From a virus: DNA of 64,000 nt. The translations under genes were made by a program, and so were the position numbers. Every line of letters starts with the position of its first letter. Within the stretch, counting starts at the first letter, position 1. The stretch lies in the IMG/VR virus record IMGVR_UViG_3300045988_076196, positions 32,242 through 96,241 of that record; one strand, given 5' to 3'. The notes under the pieces were generated by a model. That model was given only the letters and a program-made list of their open reading frames with translations, did no database searches and had not been told where the DNA came from. Positions 8,434 to 17,321 of this stretch are shown piece by piece.

Positions 8434-8894
8434 TCCTTTTCTTCCAATTCTCTAATCAATCTATCAATATACCATCTTGCCTTTTTTACATCTTCAATCC
8501 CATTCTTTTCTTCATAGCGCCAAAGATATTTAATGACATTGGCTGTGCATACTGCCTCAATCCCCGTCTTACTTACGGTTGCGGCTTTGAGTGCGTCAAT
8601 ACATTCAATACCGCCCTGAGTGTAGTGAGACGGATGGTTGACCATATCAGCATTTAGCTCTTTGCCACAGTATTTAGCTTCAGCGTTTTCATAAGCTGTC
8701 AATTTAAGCTCTTTATACCAGTTATAGCATTTGTTAAGCATATTGTCGCTCATTTCATCAAAGACACAAGCATATGTATCTGTATATTCATCAGTTTCTT
8801 TATCGTATTTCTTTGACAATGGACACTCCGTGCAATTAAATGTTTTATCGTCGCAATAATTGTAAAGAACAGTTTCTTTTTCTTTTCTTGTCAT
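8430..8894 (-). CDS. DUF3310-domain protein (T7 gp1.7-like)
   Basis: HPSHYTQGGIECIDA ... KYLWRYEEKNGIEDVKKARWYIDRLI. Confidence 0.7.
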   Translation of the reverse strand: MTRKEKETVLYNYCDDKTFNCTECPLSKKYDKETDEYTDTYACVFDEMSDNMLNKCYNWYKELKLTAYENAEAKYCGKELNADMVNHPSHYTQGGIECIDALKAATVSKTGIEAVCTANVIKYLWRYEEKNGIEDVKKARWYIDRLIRELEEKE

Positions 8895-8910
8895 ATTTAT
8901 TTATCCTCCA

Positions 8911-9126
8911 TCAATCATTCAGCATTATATTTTCAATATTCTCATACATTGTCCAATCTTCATCAAGTTTGGCTTTAACTGGTTTGAATGGGCGATATTC
9001 AACGCCGTCTTTTTCTTCATACTGCCAGTCACAATTTAGACAAGCCCATACATCAATAGGTGGAAGTGTGCAAATACAAGTATGGTAAATATCGCCACCA
9101 CATTTAGGACAAGTATAGATAATCAT
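8911..9126 (-). CDS. zinc-ribbon small protein
   Basis: CPKCGG ... CLNCDW. Confidence 0.55.
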   Translation of the reverse strand: MIIYTCPKCGGDIYHTCICTLPPIDVWACLNCDWQYEEKDGVEYRPFKPVKAKLDEDWTMYENIENIMLND

Positions 9127-9128
9127 AT

Positions 9129-10271
9129 TTATTCATCCTCCTCATTTTCATCACAATCTGCATTTACGAAATGGACATCTACGTTAAAAATTTCTTTCAA
9201 TACATCAATAGCCTCTTTTGGCTCGATGCGGAAAAATTCTCTATCGGGGTTGACCCGCTCTTTGTCAAAATATTTGTGGATATTATTTTCTAGCTCAAAG
9301 CAATCATCGCTAAATACGAAGCAATGAGCATGATATGGCTCTGGCAAGCTGCTAGAGCTGAGTTCGCGAACCCTCAATGCAGGATTCAATCTTCTGGTGC
9401 AACCTAGCTTTACCAATCCGGGCAAACTTGGTGATGTGATTACATATAGCCAACCAGCTTTACTATGTGACTCACGATAAGCAATAGAATCAAGTCGCTT
9501 ATCAATACTAGCTAATTGAGATTTAATCCTATTACGCTCATCATCTGTTAGTGCTTTATCAAAGGCAATATTCATTGCTTTCTTTTCTTCCAACAATTTC
9601 GCGCGTTCTCTAGCAATATCAGCAAGCAACTGCTCCTGTTCTCTTAATCTGCGCTTTTCTTCACGGATTCGCGTCTTTTCTTCTTTTTGCTTAACTTTAA
9701 TAGCCAAGTTAATATCAAGCATATCAAGCCGCGCTTTTACATACTCAGCATTAAGCGCCAATCCGACTTTATTTGCTTTAGACTGATAAGAATTAAATTT
9801 ATTCTTAATCAATTCTTTACTTTTAGCAATATTGCCTGTTGTTACAGATTTTTCTTTACTGTCAATATATCCGGACATTGCGTAGCACAAGCCTCTACCG
9901 TACACGTCCTGCATTTCTTTGCCACGTCTATTTGAACCATTTAGAGTGTATCCTTGCTCTATACGATATAGTCCAGTACTTACGGCAGATTCGATTTTGT
10001 CTTGTAACTGATAACGCCGATGTTCGAGTTCATCCAATGAATCTTGGTAATATGGAATATTATAATCCTGCATTTCTTCAATGGTATGAATTTTGCCATT
10101 TAGAGCATCAAGGACAGATTGAGCTGCTTTTGCAGATCGCATGGTGTTTTCATATTGATACGCCGCAATTTGCCGATGTTCGTCATAGTTATCAATCTCT
10201 GCTTGTATACTAGAAATATCTGCTTTAAGTTGAGCAATCTGTGCTTCAAGCTCTTTCTTTTTCTTGTTCAT
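9129..10271 (-). CDS. DUF4041 coiled-coil plus T5orf172 (GIY-YIG-like) domain protein
   Basis: C-terminal GWLYVITSPSLPGLVKLGCTRR ... REFFRI; ATG 10271 chosen, track start is TTG 10310. Confidence 0.65.
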   Translation of the reverse strand: MNKKKKELEAQIAQLKADISSIQAEIDNYDEHRQIAAYQYENTMRSAKAAQSVLDALNGKIHTIEEMQDYNIPYYQDSLDELEHRRYQLQDKIESAVSTGLYRIEQGYTLNGSNRRGKEMQDVYGRGLCYAMSGYIDSKEKSVTTGNIAKSKELIKNKFNSYQSKANKVGLALNAEYVKARLDMLDINLAIKVKQKEEKTRIREEKRRLREQEQLLADIARERAKLLEEKKAMNIAFDKALTDDERNRIKSQLASIDKRLDSIAYRESHSKAGWLYVITSPSLPGLVKLGCTRRLNPALRVRELSSSSLPEPYHAHCFVFSDDCFELENNIHKYFDKERVNPDREFFRIEPKEAIDVLKEIFNVDVHFVNADCDENEEDE

Positions 10272-10476
10272 TTTGAAAATCTCGAACACGTCTAGCTGTC
10301 TCCTTGTCAAAAATCTTGTCTATATTCTTATCAAAATCTAATGGATTGCTGCTCTTTGCTAAAATCTGCTTGGTGCTGATATTATATAGCTCGAATTGCC
10401 CATTGCCGCAATCATTGATAATCCAGCCAGTATCGTCATATTGGACTACGGCGTTAATTTTCTTTGTTCTTGGCAT
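10246..10476 (-). CDS. hypothetical protein, first gene of the leftward early operon
   Basis: 76-aa ORF; aggtgaaataa-ATG RBS; consensus promoter about 25 nt upstream. Confidence 0.5.
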   Translation of the reverse strand: MPRTKKINAVVQYDDTGWIINDCGNGQFELYNISTKQILAKSSNPLDFDKNIDKIFDKETARRVRDFQNEQEKERA

Positions 10477-10496
10477 TTATTTCACCTCATGCTATG

Positions 10497-10525
10497 ATTA
10501 TATCACATCAATTTGCACTTGTCAA
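10497..10525 (-). promoter_or_regulatory. consensus sigmaA promoter, leftward early operon
   Basis: minus strand reads TTGACA-17 nt-(TGa)TATAAT. Confidence 0.65.
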
Positions 10526-10556
10526 GCATAATTTTTGAAAAATTGATTTTTCACAT

Positions 10557-10606
10557 CAATTTAACTATTATCTACGAATGTATATGAGTAGATAATAGTT
10601 AAATTG
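10557..10606. promoter_or_regulatory. perfect 18-19-bp palindrome arms with a 12-bp spacer (operator candidate)
   Basis: (c)aatttaactattatctac 10557-10575 / gtagataatagttaaatt(g) 10588-10606; sits between divergent early promoters. Confidence 0.6.
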
Positions 10607-10682
10607 TAATTATATATTATATACTAGATATTATATCATAGAAAGTATGTAATGTCAATAGAAAAATTTTTTATTTTACCAC

Positions 10683-10711
10683 TTGACAAAGTGATGAATA
10701 TATGGTATAAT
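10683..10711 (+). promoter_or_regulatory. consensus sigmaA promoter P1, rightward
   Basis: TTGACA 10683-10688, 17-nt spacer, TGgTATAAT ending at 10711. Confidence 0.65.
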
Positions 10712-10721
10712 AATATAGTAA

Positions 10722-10783
10722 ATAAGTAAATACGTTAGTATTTACTTATACATTGTTTCTTTCTTTTGCTTCTTTTCTTTCTT
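10722..10783 (+). terminator. 12-bp AT-rich hairpin plus T-rich tract just downstream of P1 (attenuator or short-RNA terminator candidate)
   Basis: ataagtaaatac-gtta-gtatttacttat followed by acattgtttctttcttttgcttcttttctttctt. Confidence 0.4.
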
Positions 10784-10808
10784 AGAGAGTTATATATGAA
10801 AATAATAC

Positions 10809-10837
10809 TTGACATATCTATCATAATATGATATAAT
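10809..10837 (+). promoter_or_regulatory. consensus sigmaA promoter P2, rightward
   Basis: TTGACA 10809-10814, 17-nt spacer, TGaTATAAT ending at 10837. Confidence 0.65.
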
Positions 10838-10866
10838 AGCATTAAGCTCAAGGAGGTGGTAAGAAA

Positions 10867-11010
10867 TTGTGGAGCGAAATGAGCTATAACTGGTATGTAT
10901 CGGAAGATACAGAACCAGAAGTATGGGATGATGAATATGAGCCAACTGAGCGCGATTGGTCGCTTTGGATATATGGTAGTTCAGAGAATGATTTAGAGGT
11001 GATTTTTTGA
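10867..11010 (+). CDS. 47-aa acidic, Trp-rich leader ORF
   Basis: aaggaggtggtaagaaa-TTG (or ATG 10879); its stop overlaps the TTG start of the polymerase gene (TTGA). Confidence 0.4.
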   Translation: MWSEMSYNWYVSEDTEPEVWDDEYEPTERDWSLWIYGSSENDLEVIF

Positions 11011-12890
11011 GCCTACAGACGCAAGTTTATTTGCATTCAGTAGATACGTCATGCTTTTATGATGACAACGAAATGACGCTACATAGACGGCTTGTTCGGT
11101 TATATTCTTTGCGTAAGCGATGGAAGGATAGTGATAAACCAGATTGGCGTATCAAGTCTGTAAATCGTTTGCTTAAAAAAGAAAAGGTGCGACTATCTGA
11201 ATTGCTCGATGATGCAGTGAGACGAAATGAAACTAGAAAATTGCGTCAAGATGCTGTGACCGATAAAACGGTTGTTAATCTATTTGAATCTGACTTAACA
11301 CGCAGCTTAGGACTTGACCCGTTCAAGTTGACAGATGAGCTGTTCATCATTAACGTATTTTTCTTTCAGGTATTTAATAATCTAGTTCATCAAGGATTTA
11401 TTTACAATGGTGAAAAATATGTGTTCCTTACAGCATCAGCTGGACAGATAAGAACGAAAAGAGCCGTATTCGTTAAAGAATCGTCGTTTAAGCGCATTGA
11501 GCAAAAATTGATGTGCGGCTTGACCATAGACGAAATCAATGAGCGCGGAGGCATGAATCAGAATAAATTCCTTGCATATTTGGCGCTTATGAACTCTGCC
11601 ACAGATGTTTGGGAAGATTTTGATATTGACAAATCAATCGTAGTAGATGATTGGGAAACGGCTGTTCCGGGATTGGTTGATCATATTGATGGCGTATCGT
11701 ATGAGATTCGGCGCGAAATGACAGAGACGATTATTCCTCATATGGACGGATGCGGTATTATGCTCAATGAAACAACAAGAATGGTGCGTATGCCATGGGT
11801 AAAGGGATTACTTGTTACATTTCCGTTTGATAAGTTTATCAAAGAAAAATGCGGTGGCGAGGCAACAGTAACGGATATTTATGGCAATGAGCATAAAATT
11901 ATAGAGGAAGATATACGGTATATATTCACAAAAAGCCAATTCAAGCTATGGAAATTTTATGATTCGTGGAATTGTTATAAGGCGCGATTCAAAAATTTTG
12001 GATGCAATGCTTGTTATTGCAACATAGAAGAACCGTATATTCCAAAGAGCCGCATCAATTATCAGATGCTTCAAACCTTGAGTGATATGACTGATAATGA
12101 GATTGATCGCATTATTTCTAAGACTGCGCAAGAGATTGACGATGTTGGTAAAGATTATCAAGTTACTATGCGGTTACTTGGCGCAACAGAGAACAATCGT
12201 TATAAATCAGCTATGCAAGAGGCGTTGCTGATTTATCCTGAATTATTCAAAGATTCATATAATCGAGAAATTCTGAAGCAGACTAAAAAGAGCCTAGTTA
12301 AACAAGCCAAAGGTGGGCGGCTTAGAGTAAATGGGAAATATTTATTCTTAGCGCCTGACTTGTATGCGTTTTGTGAATGGCTGTTCCTAGGTGAGCAGAA
12401 TCCACAGGGACTGCTTGCAGATGGTGATGTATATACTAATCAATATCGTGATGGTGATGAATTAGCTTGTTTGCGTTCTCCGCATTTGTATAGGGAATGG
12501 GCAATTCGGACAAATAGGCGTAGCTTAGAGCTTGATTATTGGTTTGGTGGAACTAAGTGTATATATACTAGTTGTCATGATTTAATAACAAGGATAGTTA
12601 TGGCGGACTGCGACGGTGATAAATTATTGGTTGTAAAAGACCGAACATTGACAAATTGTGCGAAAAGGAATATGTCTGATATTTGTACTTTGGCATATGA
12701 TCTCAAAAAGGCGAAGGGAGGTTTGGTAAATTCAGATAGCTTATACGAAGGAATGATTAGAGCATATACCGGTGGCAACATTGGTATTTGGAGTAATCAA
12801 ATAACTAAAATTTGGAATAGCGGGAATATTACTAAGGAAGAATTGGACGTTGTAAAATGGTTGTGTTTTGAGAATAATGCAGTAATTGAT
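11007..12890 (+). CDS. YonO / cellular-RdRP-like single-subunit RNA polymerase, exon 1
   Basis: FLTASAGQIRTKRAVF (about 11424-11471) resembles the RdRP FLxFSxSQLRxxxxWF motif; LRSPHLYREW ... ADCDGD (DCDGD at 12606-12620) matches the DxDGD metal-binding motif; the frame stops at TAA right at the intron start. Confidence 0.6.
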
Positions 12891-13930
12891 TAAATGATAG
12901 TCCACTCATGCGGCAACGCATGATGTGAATGATGGTGAACTCGTAAATGCGAGGTGTGCGGAGAAATCCGTGCTAACGGTAAAACCCTAAACGTATGAAC
13001 GCATGGCAATACCGTGGCAAGATTGTGTGATAAATATTAAGATGAAAGGAGGGACAATATGAGAAAGATTAGTTTGATTGGCAAGAAATTTGGGAGATTG
13101 ACGGTTTTATCTGATGCTGGAACAAAAGGTGGTAGAACATATTCTAACTGTCTATGCGATTGTGGTAAAATGGTGGTAGTTAGTAACAAACATCTAAAAA
13201 GTGGGCATACAAAATCTTGTGGATGTTATAAAAACGAAATTATTGGCGAAATTGGTAAAATAACCGGCAAGACAAATATCAAGTATGCGCAAAAGCAAGC
13301 ACATGAAAATAATAGAAAACATGATATGTCTGGAACAAGATTGTATAGAATTTGGTTACAGATGAAACAGAGATGTCACAACGAGAAGAACGACAGGTAT
13401 CAATATTATGGCGGTAAGGGCGTTTGCGTTTGTGATGAATGGAGAGAAGATTTTCAAGAATTTGAACAATGGTCGAATAACAATGGATATAGAGATGACT
13501 TGACCATTGATAGAATAAATTCTAATAAAAATTATGAACCGTCTAATTGTCGTTGGATATCTCAAAGTGAAAATAGCGCAAGAATACATCGTGATGTGAG
13601 ATACTGGTGTATTGATGTACAAGGCGGAAGATATGCAGAATTTGACAATATTAGAGAATTTTGCAGAAATAATCCTGAGATCGCAAATGAGAATCATGTG
13701 AGATACGCTGTTAGCGGAAAATGTGAAAATCAAGGCGATATTATATTTGGCAAGTTTTAATATTTTATCACACAATAAGCTGTAACGACTAGCCCATTAG
13801 GGCGTAGCTTGTAGGTGAAATTCCTACTCGCAAAGTGCCATCCATCTCTATGAGATGAAGAGATAGTCTACTCCGACTGTTTGAGCAGTGTTAAAGTATC
13901 TCGAAAGAGACGGTATGAAGGTATGCTAAG
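12891..13930 (+). mobile_element. group I intron (td-like, IA2-type) carrying an HNH homing endonuclease; 3' boundary +/-30 nt
   Basis: begins taaatgatag after an exon-terminal U (T4 td begins taattgagg); aaatccgtgctaacgg, taacgactagcccattagggcgtagc and gagatagtctactcc closely resemble T4 td core elements. Confidence 0.7.
13059..13760 (+). CDS. intron-encoded HNH homing endonuclease
   Basis: gaaaggaggg RBS; CxC...HTKSCGC zinc cluster; DRINSNKNYEPSNCRWISQSEN (HNH_3-like); paralog of 63280..63951. Confidence 0.8.
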   Translation: MRKISLIGKKFGRLTVLSDAGTKGGRTYSNCLCDCGKMVVVSNKHLKSGHTKSCGCYKNEIIGEIGKITGKTNIKYAQKQAHENNRKHDMSGTRLYRIWLQMKQRCHNEKNDRYQYYGGKGVCVCDEWREDFQEFEQWSNNNGYRDDLTIDRINSNKNYEPSNCRWISQSENSARIHRDVRYWCIDVQGGRYAEFDNIREFCRNNPEIANENHVRYAVSGKCENQGDIIFGKF

Positions 13931-14611
13931 ACGCAATGGTTGCCAGAACGACCAAAACAAATCAATAATACAATTAAACAATATACAAAAGCCCGTGTTC
14001 CAAATTTCTTTCAATATGCAAAAGACAAAGACCCAGATACCCAAGTTGAGCCAGCCAACAATTCAACCATGAATCGTATCTCAGCTAAAATCCCTACTTC
14101 CAGAATCCGCTATAACAATAAGATTGGGAAATTTGACTGGACTATGCTGATAAATAAATCGGTCGATTATACTACTAGAGAAAATTCTTCAATCATTGAG
14201 CGGTATAATTGGTGGATATGGAATCAGCGCCGATTTGATTATGGCGATGACCCGCATATCAATGAGGATGATTTATATAAATATCGCTGCATTGCACAAG
14301 ATATAGTAGAATATAGCAACGAGCCACTAGATATTGTGGTGAATAGCCTAGTTGCTTATCTATACACAGTTAAAAAATCAAGTAATAAGAAAATGCTATG
14401 GGCTTGTTTTGGTTGGACGATTGTAGAAAATTTGAGAATCAATACAGCGCAACTTAATCCAATCTGTTCCATTTGTGGCAAGCGGTTTAAGCCGAGAGAT
14501 GTATGCCAGCATTATTGCTCAGAGGAATGTTACAAGAAAGCAGATAATCAGCGGCGCATTGAGTCGCGTGAAGCCCCACCTGTCCGCACGGGGGACATGT
14601 TAAAACAATAG
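13931..14611 (+). CDS. YonO/RdRP-like RNA polymerase, exon 2 (start approximate, 13904-13940)
   Basis: the frame is open from 13895 with no RBS and no ATG; C-terminal CSICGK...CQHYCSEEC zinc finger. Confidence 0.5.
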   Translation, partial: TQWLPERPKQINNTIKQYTKARVPNFFQYAKDKDPDTQVEPANNSTMNRISAKIPTSRIRYNNKIGKFDWTMLINKSVDYTTRENSSIIERYNWWIWNQRRFDYGDDPHINEDDLYKYRCIAQDIVEYSNEPLDIVVNSLVAYLYTVKKSSNKKMLWACFGWTIVENLRINTAQLNPICSICGKRFKPRDVCQHYCSEECYKKADNQRRIESREAPPVRTGDMLKQ

Positions 14612-14636
14612 GAAATATATGGATAAAATGAACACA

Positions 14637-14652
14637 CCACAATATATTGTGG
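14637..14652. promoter_or_regulatory. perfect 16-bp palindrome ccacaatatattgtgg
   Basis: seen directly, 25 nt after the polymerase stop codon. Confidence 0.5.
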
Positions 14653-14680
14653 TAGACTAATAGGGAAAGGAAAGATATAA

Positions 14681-15100
14681 TTGCATAAAAATAAATATCC
14701 TCGGCTTGGTAAAGCTGACATGAGTAAAGAGTTGCGGCGGCGCACAGGTGTTGATTCTAAGATTATTGAGCTAGTGTTAAGAAACTATCATGACATTATT
14801 CGTGAGACACTACAACATGGCGTGGAATATTCTTTGCCCGATATTGGTGTTATTACATTTCGCGACCACCCACCAAAGCCAGCTGGCGAATATTGGAACG
14901 GATTCCAAAAGCGGCGTATGTACTATCCTGACAGAATGGGATATTATCGACTAGAGTTTAAGGCTGAGAAACATATGGCAAGTGCTGTTAAAGGTGGCAC
15001 ATTGTATGGGAAAGGCGCAACTAAAGAGGAATATGATGCTTGGGTATTGGAGAATTATCCTGATAATCCCAAGTTTATGAAGGAAGAAGAAGATGGCTGA
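14681..15100 (+). CDS. HU/IHF-like DNA-binding protein
   Basis: MSKELRRRTGVDSKIIELVLRNYHDIIRETLQHG...LPDIGVITF matches the HU-fold pattern; alternative start ATG 14720. Confidence 0.6.
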   Translation: MHKNKYPRLGKADMSKELRRRTGVDSKIIELVLRNYHDIIRETLQHGVEYSLPDIGVITFRDHPPKPAGEYWNGFQKRRMYYPDRMGYYRLEFKAEKHMASAVKGGTLYGKGATKEEYDAWVLENYPDNPKFMKEEEDG

Positions 15101-15656
15101 ACATAATAAGCTGAATCAGGAATTTTATGTTTATGCTGGTGGATTGCTCAATGTATCGCCCCAGACCGCCAAGAAATACTGGATGGGGTTTGTTGATACT
15201 ATTATTCATATTCTTCATTTTGATGGCAAGTGTCAAATGCCAAGCATAGGCACATTTACGTTAGAAGAATTGCCTGAGCGCAGAGTGATGGCTAAGAATG
15301 AGCAGGGTGAACTTGTTGAGCAAATCAACCCTGCTTGGTTTAAGATATTATACAAATACAATGAGGATTTTCTTAACAATGTCAATGGGCGTGGCGTTAC
15401 AAAGAAATATCGTAGGCGCGTCCGTGAACGTAAATTAACACCAAACGATCTCAAGCTAATTACTCAAGCAGAAGCAGAACGAACAGCAAAGCGCACGTTG
15501 AAACAGATGCAAGATGACCGCATTGAGCAAGCAAGGCAACAGAGCTATGATGATTTTATCAATGTGATCAACAAGAAAAAAGAAGACTATGAACGGAAAA
15601 AGAAGGAAAAGGAACAGAAATTGAATGAATCTACAGAAGATACGACAAGCGACTGA
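15093..15656 (+). CDS. HU/IHF-like DNA-binding protein with a K/E-rich tail
   Basis: SPQTAKKYWMGFVDTIIHIL...MPSIGTFTLEELPERR...NPAWFKILYKYNEDFLNNVN; ATGGCTGA overlap with the upstream gene. Confidence 0.55.
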   Translation: MAEHNKLNQEFYVYAGGLLNVSPQTAKKYWMGFVDTIIHILHFDGKCQMPSIGTFTLEELPERRVMAKNEQGELVEQINPAWFKILYKYNEDFLNNVNGRGVTKKYRRRVRERKLTPNDLKLITQAEAERTAKRTLKQMQDDRIEQARQQSYDDFINVINKKKEDYERKKKEKEQKLNESTEDTTSD

Positions 15657-16824
15657 GCTGCTAGATAGCAAGTTGATTGACTTGCAAGAATGGACGGCTC
15701 GTTGTCTTGGTGAAGATTATAGGGGTGTCTGGTCAGAGGAATATTTACGTCGATGTGCTGTGTTTGTAAGAAATATGCTCAATAGTGCAGACGATTGTGA
15801 ATCAGACGAAAAAGACACCAATATTCTATCACAACTCAGAGAGGCTAAGCAGGAACTAGAGAAATCACGTCTTAAACTGCGCACAGAAAATCTTGAATAT
15901 GCGGCAAATATGCGCGAGGTGGCACGACATGATATGCTTAATGAAGAAATTGTCGCAGCTATCAATCGGCTTGAACCAATCAAGTTTAGTCGTAAATTCG
16001 AGCCAGACCCAATTAAAGAGCAAATTGGTGTGTTGTGTATTGGCGACGAACATTATGGCACAATGATTGATATGGATTCATTATTTGGTGAAAAGGTTAA
16101 TGTGTATAATCCTGACGTATTCAAGGCGCGAATGGAAAAGCTGATGAATAATATCGAGGATGACGCATATTCCGTATCAGCATTCAGCCGTTTGGTTGTG
16201 TTTGATATGGGGGATTCCATTCAGGGCGCACTTAGATTATCAGACCTTATGAAGCTCAAAGCTGGTATTGTAGATAGTGCTATGCAGTATGCCGAATATA
16301 TCAGTCAATGGCTAGTTGAATTGAGTGAACGTCTACAAGTGCCGATTGAATATATCGCAGTTGGTGGTAATCATAGCGAATTGAGACTACTCAATGGCAA
16401 GAAGGGCGATTTCCAAGAAGATAACATTGCTAAGATCATTACACAGATTGTGCAGTTGCGACTTAAGGACAATCCAAACATTGAGGTTGCACCATATGCT
16501 GAATGTGGGTTTAAGTCAATTCAAGGTGTGAATATCCTAGCATATCATGGTGACGATACCAAAGATGTAACTAGAGAAATCGCGTTCTTTGAGGATTATC
16601 ATCAGATTGATATTGACATTCTACTACTTGGACATTTCCATCATCTTGAGCAACAGTCAGTTGGTATTGGTTTGAATACTGAAAAAGAGGTCATTAAATG
16701 TCCGTCCATTGTTGGTATTGATGATTATAGCAAGAAATGCCGCAAGTTGTCAAGAGCTGGTGCATTGCTCATGCTGTTTGAAGATGGGCAAAAGACGTGG
16801 ACTAAGAAATATATTTTGAATTGA
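15625..16824 (+). CDS. calcineurin-like metallophosphoesterase (possible Mre11/SbcD-type nuclease)
   Basis: motifs IGDEHYG, MGDSIQG, GGNHSE, YHGD, GHFHH in the canonical order. Confidence 0.75.
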   Translation: MNLQKIRQATELLDSKLIDLQEWTARCLGEDYRGVWSEEYLRRCAVFVRNMLNSADDCESDEKDTNILSQLREAKQELEKSRLKLRTENLEYAANMREVARHDMLNEEIVAAINRLEPIKFSRKFEPDPIKEQIGVLCIGDEHYGTMIDMDSLFGEKVNVYNPDVFKARMEKLMNNIEDDAYSVSAFSRLVVFDMGDSIQGALRLSDLMKLKAGIVDSAMQYAEYISQWLVELSERLQVPIEYIAVGGNHSELRLLNGKKGDFQEDNIAKIITQIVQLRLKDNPNIEVAPYAECGFKSIQGVNILAYHGDDTKDVTREIAFFEDYHQIDIDILLLGHFHHLEQQSVGIGLNTEKEVIKCPSIVGIDDYSKKCRKLSRAGALLMLFEDGQKTWTKKYILN

Positions 16825-17321
16825 TTCATTCTCTGCTAGGTGATAGCTAGTTTAGCTGTGTTAATCATGCTTGTGGGGCGATTGACCTATCTAGTAGAGT
16901 TGAATATATCTCATGTACCATGCGTACAAGGAGTTTTCAGAGCCGTGTATGGCGGCCCTTGTAAGACAAAAAAACATAACAGAGGGTGGCGCTAGATGCC
17001 CGATGGCGCTTGATAAATGGGGTTTTAATAGTTGTATCTAGGTATATACTGTAACTGCCTGTCGCTATGCCCATTGGCGGCTATGAATATCCGAAAGGAG
17101 GTCACTATTCTCTTGAATTATCCACTGGTTTATCCGAAGCATAATTAAAGAAAGGATGGTGGTCAGAGCCAATCGGCTCATATCTACAATAAGCCCAACT
17201 CAATGGGAACTGTTGTTTAACTGAATATTGAACCTTGACAAATACGAAGCAGCTGAGAGCAATCTTGGCTGCTTTGTCATATTTATAGGAAAATAAACGG
17301 AAAGGAAGGAAGTAGCAAAAT

